DNA from: the human T2T-CHM13v2.0 reference genome, Homo sapiens
Reading direction: 5' to 3' (one strand)
Assembly: GCF_009914755.1 (NCBI RefSeq)
Contig: NC_060948.1
DNA length: 64,000 nucleotides
The translations under genes and the position numbers were made by a program. Below the pieces are notes generated by a model, which saw nothing but the letters and a program-made list of their open reading frames with translations, searched no databases and was not told the origin of the DNA. Positions 55,901 through 64,000 of the stretch are shown one piece after another (the stretch's first letter is position 1; every line of letters starts with the position of its first letter).

Positions 55901-58900
55901 CAATGGAATGGATTCGAAAGGAATGGAATCGAACGGAATGGAATCTAATGGAATGGAATTAAATGGAAATGAATCAAATTGAATAGCACGGAATTGAATT
56001 GAATGGAATCGAATGCAATGGAATCTAATGAAACGGAAAGGAAAGAATGGAATGGAATGGAATGGGCTGGAATGGAAAGGAATCGAAACGAATGGAATGG
56101 AATCGAACTGAAGAGACTGGAATGGAATGCACTGGAATGGAAGGGAGTGTAATGGAAGGTTCTCGAAAAAAATGGAATCGAATGGAATGGAATTGAATGG
56201 AACGGAATAGAGTCGCATGAAATTGAATGGAGTGGAATGGACTAGAGTGAAATGGAATCGAACGAAAAGGAATGGACAGGAATGGAATGGTCTCGAATTG
56301 AATGGAATCGTATGGAATGGCATCAAACGGAATGGAATGGACAGCCACGGAATGGAATGCACTCGAATGCAATGGAGTCGAAACTAATGGACTGGAATAG
56401 AATGGACTCGACTGGTATGGACTCCAATGGAATGGAATCGAATGGAAGGGAATCGAACGGAATGGACTCGAAGGGAAAAGACTGCAATGGAAAGGTCTCG
56501 AATGGAATGGAAATTAATGGAATGGAATGGAATCGAATGAAATGGAGTCAAAAGGAATGGAATCGAATGGCAAGAAATCGAATGTAATGGAATCGCAAGG
56601 AATTGATGTGAACGGAACGGAATGGAATGGAATCCAAAGGAATGGAATAGAATGGAATGGAATCGAATGGAAAGGACTCGAATGGAAATCACTCGAATAG
56701 AATGCAATTTAATAAAATAGGATCAAATGTAATGGAATGGAATGGAAAGGAATCGAAACGAAAGGAATGGAGACAGATGGAATGGAATGGAACAGAGAGC
56801 AATGGTATAGAATGGAATGGAATCATCTGGAATGGAATTGAATGGAATGGAATAACATGAAATGGACTGGAATGGAATGGAATGGAATGGAATGCCCTTG
56901 AATTAAATGGACTGGACTCGAACAGAGTGGAATGGAAAGTGTTGAGATAGAATGGAATGGACTCCTTTGGAATGGTGTAGTATGCAATGCAATCGACTGG
57001 CAGGGAATCAAAAGGAATGTAATCGAATGGATTGGACTGGAATGCAATGGACTCGAATAGATTGGAAACGGAATGCAAAGGAATGGAATGGAATAGTATG
57101 GAATGCAATGGAAGGGAATGGAGTGGAATAGACTAGAGTGGAATGGAATGGACTGGAAAGCAATGGACTGGAATGGAACTTTCTTGGATGGACTGGAATC
57201 AAACGGAATGGAATGCAATGCAATCAAATGGCATGGAATAAAATAGAATGAAAGAGAATCAAATGGAATTGAATCGAATGGAATCGAATGGATTGGAAAG
57301 GAATAGAATGGAATGGAATGGAATTGACTCAAATGGAATGGACTAGAATGGAATGGATTCGAATGGAAGGCAAAGGAATGGAATCTATTGGAATGGACTG
57401 TAATGGAATGGAATGGAAGGGATTGGAATGGACTCGAATGGAATGGACTGCAATAGAAAGGATTCGAATGGAATGAAAAAGAATTGAATGGAATAGAACA
57501 GAATGGAATCAAATCGAATGGAATGGAATGGAATAGAAAGGAATGGAATGAAATGGAATGGAAAGGATTCGAATGGAATGCAATCGAATGGAATGGAATC
57601 GAACGGAATGGAATAAAATGGAAGAAAACTGGCAAGAAATGGAATCGAAATGAATGGAGTGTTATGGAATGGACTCAAAAGGAATTGAATGTAATAGAAT
57701 GGAGTGGAGTGGACTCGAATATAATGGACTGGAATGGAATGAAATCACATGGAATGGGAACGAATGGAATGGAATGGAAAGGAATGGAATCGAATGGAAA
57801 GGAATCGAATGGAAGGGAATGAAATTGAATCAACAGGAATGGGAGGGAATAGAATAGACTGTAATGGAATGGACTCGAATAGAATGGACACGAATGCTCA
57901 AATTAAATTGACTCGAATGGAATGGAAACGAAAGGAATGTCATCGAATGGAATTGAATCGATTGGAATGAAATCGCATAGAATGGAGTGGAATCAAATGG
58001 AATTGAATCGAAAGGAAAGGAAGCGAATGGACTGAAATGAAATGGAATGGAATTGAATGGAAAGTAATGCAATGGAATAGAATGGAACGAAATTTCACGG
58101 AATGGAATCAAACTGAATGGAATCAAATCAATGGAATCAAATCAAATGGAATTGAAAGGAATTGAATGGAGTAGATGGGATTGGATGGGATTGGAATGAA
58201 ATGTACTGGAAAGGACTCGAATTTCATGAAACGGAATGGAATGAATTGGAAAGGAATGGACTCGAATGGAATGGAATGTCATGGAATGGCATCAAATGGA
58301 ATGGCATCAAATGGAATGGAATCGAATGCAATGGAATGCTGTGGAATGGAATGGAATACATTGGAATGGAATGTCCTCTAATGGAATGGATTCGAGTGGA
58401 ATGGAATTGAATATAATGGAGTCGAATGAAATGGAATTGAAAGGAATGGGATCGAATACAATGGAATATACTGGAATGTAACGTAATGAACTCGAATGTA
58501 ATTGACTGGAATGGAATGTACATGAATGGAATGTAATCGAATGGAAAGTAGTCCAATGGAATAGAATCTAATGCAATAAAATCGACTCAGATAGAGTAGA
58601 ATGTAATGGAATGGAGTGCAGTGCAATGGAATGGAATGGAATGGAATGCAATGGAATGGAATGGAATGGAATGGAATGGAATGGAATGGGATGGAATGGT
58701 ATGGAATGGATAGTAATGGACTGGAGTGAAATGGACTGGAAAGGAATGGACTCAAATTGAAAGGTCTCGAAAGGAATGGAGTCAAATGGAATGGTCTGGA
58801 ATGGAATGAACACGAATGTAATGCAATCCAATAGAATGGAATCGAATGGCATGGAATATAAAGAAATGGAATCGAAGAGAATGGAAACAAATGGAATGAA

Positions 58901-61900
58901 ATTGAATGGAATGGAATTGAATGGAATGTGAACGAATGGAGTGAAATTGTATGCAGTAGAAGAGAATAGAATGGAATGCAAGCGAAAGGAAAGGAATGGA
59001 TTGGAATGGAATGGAATTCATTGGAATGGAAGGGAATGTAGTGTAATGGACAGGCCTGGAATAAAGTGGAATGCTACGGTCTCGAATGGAATAAAAATGT
59101 ATGGAATGGAATGCAATGAAACGGAATCGAATGTCATAGAATGTAATGGAATGCAAAAAAATGGAATCCAAAATCATTGAATGGAAAGGCTGGGTGTCGA
59201 AAGGAATTGACTCCAATGGAATGGAATCGAATGGAATGGAAGTGAATAGAATCGAACTAAATCGAATGGAATGGAATTGATAGGAACGGAATGGAAAGGA
59301 TTGCAATGATTTGGCATGGAATGGAATCGAATGGCATCGAATGGAATGGAATGGAATGCAATGGAATGGAATGTATTAGAATGTAATGAACTTTAATGGA
59401 ATGTACTCGAATGGATTCGACTGGAATGGAATGTTCTGGAAGTGAATGGACTCCAATGGAATGGATTCAAAAGGAATGGAATCGTACGGAATGGAATCTA
59501 ATGGAATGGAATTAAATGGAAATGAATCAAATTGAATAGCACGGAATTGAATTGAATGGAATGGAATGCAATGGAATCTAATGAAACGCAAAGGAAAGGA
59601 ATGGAATGGAATGGAATGGGCTGGAATGGAAAGGAATCGAAACGAATGGAATGGAATCGAAGTGAAGAGACTGGAATGGTATGCACTGGAATGGAAGGGA
59701 GTGTAATGGAAGGTTCTCGAAAAAAATGGAATCGAATGGAATGCAATTGAATGGAACGGAATAGAGTCGAATGGAATTGAATGGAATGGAATGGACTAGA
59801 GTGAAATGGAATCGAACCACAAGGAATGGACAGGAATAGAATGGTCTCGAATTGAATGGAATCGTATGGAATGGCATCAAACGGAATGGAATGGACAGCC
59901 ACGGAATGGAATGCACTCGAATGCAATGGAGTCGAAACTAATGGACTGGAATAGAATGGACTCGACTGGTACGGACTCCAATGGAATGGAATCGAATGGA
60001 AGGGAATCGAACGTAATGGACTCGAAGGGAAAAGACTGCAATGGAAAGGTCTCGAATGGAATGGAAATTAATGGAATGGAATGGAATCGAATGAAATGGA
60101 GTCAAAAGGAATGGAATCGAATGGCAAGAAATCGAATGTAATGGAATCGCAAGGAATTGATGTGAACGGAACGGAATGGAACGGAATCCAAAGGAATGGA
60201 ATAGAATGGAATGGAAACGAATGGAAAGGACTCCAATGGAAATCACTCGAATAGAATGCAATTTAATAAAATAGGATCAAATGTAATAGAATGGAACGGA
60301 AAGGAATCGAAACGGAAGGAATGGAGACAGATGGAATGGAATGGAACAGAGAGCAATGGTATAGAATGGAATGGAATCATCTGGAATGGAATTGAATGGA
60401 ATGGAATGATATGAAATGGAATGGAATGGAATGGAATGGAATGCCCTTGAATTAAATGGACTGGACTCGAACAGAGTGGAATGGAAAGTGTTGAGATAGA
60501 ATGGAATGGACTCCTTTGGAATGGTGTAGTATGCAATGCAATCGACTGGCAGGGAATCAAAAGGAATGTAATCGAATGGATTGGACTGGAATGCAATGGA
60601 CTCGAATAGATTGGAAACGGAATGCAAAGGAATGGAATGGAATAGTATGGAATGCAATGGAAGGGAATGGAGTGGAATAGACTAGAGTGGAATGGAATGG
60701 ACTGGAAAGCAATGGAGTGGAATGGAACTTTCTTGGATGGACTGGAATCAAACGGAATGGAATGCAATGCAATCAAATGGCATGGAATAAAATAGAATGA
60801 AAGAGAATCAAATGGAATTGAATCGAATGGAATCGAATGGATTGGAAAGGAATAGAATGGAATGGAATGGAATTGACTCAAATGGAATGGACTAGAATGG
60901 AATGGATTCGAATGGAAGGCAAAGGAATGGAATCTATTGGAATGGACTGTAATGGAATGGAATGGAAGGGATTGGAATGGACTCGAATGGAATGGACTGC
61001 AATAGAAAGGATTCGAATGGAATGAAAAAGAATTGAATGGAATAGAACAGAATGGAATCAAATCGAATGGAATGGAATGGAATAGAAAGGAATGGAATGA
61101 AATGGAATGGAAAGGATTCGAATGGAATGCAATCGAATGGAATGGAATCGAACGGAATGGAATAAAATGGAAGAAAACTGGCAAGAAATGGAATCGAAAT
61201 GAATGGAGTGTTATGGAACGGACTCAAAAGGAATTGAATGTAATAGAATGGAGTGGAGTGGACTCGAATATAATGGACTGGAATGGAATGAAATCACATG
61301 GAATGGGAACGAATGGAATGGAATGGAAAGGAATGGAATCGAATGGAAAGGAATCGAATGGAAGGGAATGAAATTGAATCAACAGGAATGGAAGGGAATA
61401 GAATAGACTGTAATGGAATGGACTCGAATAGAATGGACACGAATGCTCAAATTAAATGGACTCGAATGGAATGGAAACGAAAGGAATGTCATCGAATGGA
61501 ATTGAATCGATTGGAATGAAATCGCATAGAATGGAGTGGAATCAAATGGAATTGAATCGAAAGGAAAGGAAGCGAATGGACTGAAATGAAATGGAATGGA
61601 ATTGAATGGAAAGTAATGCAATGGAATAGAATGGAACGAAATTTCACGGAATGGAATCAAACTGAATGGAATCAAATCAATGGAATCAAATCAAATGGAA
61701 TGGAAAGGAATTGAATGGAGTAGATGGGATTGGATGGGATTGGAATGAAATGTACTGGAAAGGACTCGAATTTCATGAAACGGAATGGAATGAATTGGAA
61801 CGGAATGGACTCGAATGGAATGGAATGTCATGGAATGGCATCAAATGGAATGGCATCAAATGGAATGGAATCGAATGCAATGGAATGCTATGGAATGGAA

Positions 61901-64000
61901 TGGAATGCATTGGAATGGAATGTCCTCTAATGGAATGGATTCGAGAGAAATGGAATTGAATGTAATGGAGTCGAATGAAATGGAATTGAAAGGAATGGGA
62001 TCGAATACAATGGAATATACTGGAATGTAACGTAATGAACTCGAATGTAATTGACTGGAATGGAATGTACATGAATGGAATGTAATCGAATGGAAAGTAA
62101 TCCAATGGAATAGAATCTAATGCAATAAAATCGACTCAGATAGAGTAGAATGTAATGGAATGGAGTGCAGTGCAATGGAATGGAATGGAATGGAATGCAA
62201 TGGAATGGAATGGAATGGAATGGAATGGAATGGAATGGAATGGAATGGGATGGAATGGTATGGAATGGATAGTAATGGACTGGAATGAAATGGACTGGAA
62301 AAGAATGGACTCAAATTGAAAGGGCTCGAAAGGAATGGAGTCAAATGGAATGGTCTGGAATGGAATGAACACGAATGTAATGCAATCCAATAGAATGGAA
62401 TCGAATGGCATGGAATATAAAGAAATGGAATCGAAGAGAATGGAAACAAATGGAATGGAATTGAATGGAATGGAATTGAATGGAATGGGAACGAATGGAG
62501 TGAAATTGTATGCAGTAGAAGAGAATAGAATGGAATGCAAGCGAAAGGAAAGGAATGGATTGGAATGGAATGGAATTCATTGGAATGGAAGGGAATGTAG
62601 TGTAATGGACAGGCCTGGAATAAAGTGGAATGCTACGGTCTCGAATGGAATAAAAATGTATGGAATGGAATGCAATGAAACGGAATCGAATGTCATAGAA
62701 TGTAATGGAATGCAAAAAAATGGAATCCAAAATCATTGACTGGAAAGGCTGGGTGTCGAAAGGAATTGACTCCAATGGAATGGAATCGAATGGAATGGAA
62801 GTGAATAGAATCGAACTAAATCGAATGGAATGGAATTGATAGGAACGGAATGGAAAGGAATGCAATGATTTGGCATGGAATGGAATCGAATGGCATCGAA
62901 TGGAATGGAATGGAATGCAATGGAATGGAATGTATTAGAATGTAATGAACATTAATGGAATGTACTCGAATGGATTCGACTGGAATGGAATGTTCTGGAA
63001 GTGAATGGACTCCAATGGAATGGATTCGAAAGGAATGGAATCGAACGGAATGGAATCTAATGGAATGGAATTAAATGGAAATGAATCAAATTGAATAGCA
63101 CGGAATTGAATTGAATGGAATGGAATGCAATGGAATCTAATGAAACGGAAAGGAAAGGAATGGAATGGAATGGAATGGGCTGGAATGGAAAGGAATCGAA
63201 ACGAATGGAATGGAATCGAACTGAAGAGACTGGAATGGAATGCACTGGAATGGAAGGGAGTGTAATGGAAGGTTCTCGAAAATAATGGAAGCAAATGGAA
63301 TGGAATTGAATGGAACGGAATAGAGTCGAATGGAATTGAATGGAATGGAATGGACTAGAGTGAAATGGAATCGAACCACAAGGAATGGACAGGAATAGAA
63401 TGGTCTCGAATTGAATGGAATCGTATGGAATGGCATCAAACGGAATGGAATGGACAGCCACGGAATGGAATGCACTCGAATGCAATGGAGTCGAAACTTA
63501 TGGACTGGAATAGAATGGACTCGACTGGTACGGACTCCAATGGAATGGAATCGAATGGAAGGGATTCGAACGGAATGGACTCGAAGGGAAAAGACTGCAA
63601 TGGATAGGTCTCGAATGGAATGGAAATTAATGGAATGGAATGGAATCGAATGAAATGGAGTCAAAAGGAATGGAATCGAATGGCAAGAAATCGAATGTAA
63701 TGGAATCGCAAGGAATTGATGTGAACGGAACGGAATGGAATGGAATCCAAAGGAATGGAATAGAATGGAATGGAATCGAATGGAAAGGACTCGAATGGAA
63801 ATCACTCGAATAGAATGCAATTTAATAAAATAGGATCAAATGTAATTGAATGGAATGGAAAGGAATCGAAACGAAAGGAATGGAGACAGATGGAATGGAA
63901 TGGAACAGAGAGCAATGGTATAGAATGGAATGGAATCATCTGGAATGGAATTGAATGGAATGGAATAATATGAAATGGAATGGAATGGAATGGAATGGAA
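32000..64000 (+). repeat. Divergent/mosaic DYZ1 sub-block B (units 10-18 plus partial 19)
   Basis: Alternative alleles: AAAATCGACTCAG (except unit 14), GAACTCGAATGTAATTGAC, GATCGAATACAAT, and GGGATGGAATGGTATG. Many more private SNVs, plus 10-, 15- and 35-bp indels. Confidence 0.85.
36000..43110 (+). repeat. Recent tandem duplication of one ~3548-bp DYZ1 unit (two near-identical copies; boundaries approximate)
   Basis: At least 10 private alleles recur at +3548, e.g. GGAAAAGAAAGG 36259/39807, CAACACG, CATCGGATGG, TATGTAATGG, TCTCGACAAAA, AATTGATTGG, ACTCATTTGG 39238/42786, GATTGCAAAC. Confidence 0.8.

Larger units (their letters stand above)
1..64000 (+). repeat. DYZ1: Human Satellite III array, DYZ1 (HSat3, Yq12 heterochromatin); GGAAT-rich strand is +
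   Basis: Continuous degenerate GGAAT/CGAAT/GGACT pentamers with a ~3.55-kb higher-order period. Unit starts (motif GGTATAGAATGGAATGGAATCATCTGG) are at 1, 3555, 7104, 10662, 14231, 17795, 21344, 24887, 28436, 32000, 35533, 39076, 42624, 46133, 49702, 53246, 56804, 60358 and 63917. A conserved GGCC (HaeIII) occurs at 2250, 5799, 9357, 12926, 16490, 20039, 23583, 27131, 30695, 34229, 37772, 41320, 44828, 48397, 51926, 55500, 59053 and 62612, a mean spacing of ~3551 bp. This matches the established ~3.4-3.6 kb HaeIII/EcoRI Y-specific DYZ1 repeat (3564-bp units occur here). Confidence 0.96.

Noticed and set aside
59-63973. Hundreds of 60-318 aa ORFs on both strands (MEWNG- and IPFHS-rich)
   Set aside because: They are the inevitable translation of (GGAAT)n/(ATTCC)n, which has no stop codons. 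They overlap in all frames, recur every unit, and are freely broken or fused by 5-bp and 1-bp indels. No recognisable domain is present.
1-64000. CRISPR-like or other repeat-spacer system; novel prokaryotic system
   Set aside because: There are no unique spacers: the non-pentamer islands recur identically every 3.55 kb. There are no cas or other genes. The sequence is eukaryotic satellite.
1-64000. Inversion, DYZ2/Alu or L1 insertion, telomeric repeat or G-quadruplex cluster
   Set aside because: No strand switch to ATTCC, no non-satellite sequence and no TTAGGG were seen. G-runs are mostly GG, with only isolated GGG.
1-64000. Assignment to HSat2 or to chr9 HSat3
   Set aside because: It lacks the HSat2 CATTCGATTC/ATCATC-type repeats. 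The ~3.55-kb HaeIII/EcoRI period and the DYZ1 primer sites point to Yq12.

Overview
The whole 64 kb window is one uninterrupted, single-orientation tandem satellite. It is degenerate (GGAAT)n / (ATTCC)n human Satellite III, organised into a higher-order unit of about 3.55 kb: 18 complete units plus an 84-bp start of a 19th. Unit length (3509-3569 bp), a conserved HaeIII/StuI site (AGGCCT) with an adjacent EcoRI site, and matches to the classic Y-sexing primer sites identify it as DYZ1 (HSat3) of human Yq12 heterochromatin. I found no genes, RNA genes, transposons or DYZ2/Alu-containing sequence. All listed ORFs are translation artefacts of the pentamer (MEWNG / IPFHS repeats). I found no new protein-coding system, so the interest lies in the array's internal structure. 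(1) There is a sharp switch near 32 kb from a nearly homogeneous block (units 1-9) to a divergent, mosaic block (units 10-18). (2) A phase-shifted whole-unit duplication has a 35-bp deletion inside its right breakpoint interval. (3) Shared indels reveal patchwork exchange between units. (4) Two hypervariable pure GGAAT tracts explain almost all length variation in the homogeneous block. (5) There is one apparent 30-bp-offset template-copy event. (6) The consensus unit carries three perfect in-register heat-shock elements (GAAnnTTCnnGAA), which some units have lost. All comparisons were made by eye, not by alignment software.
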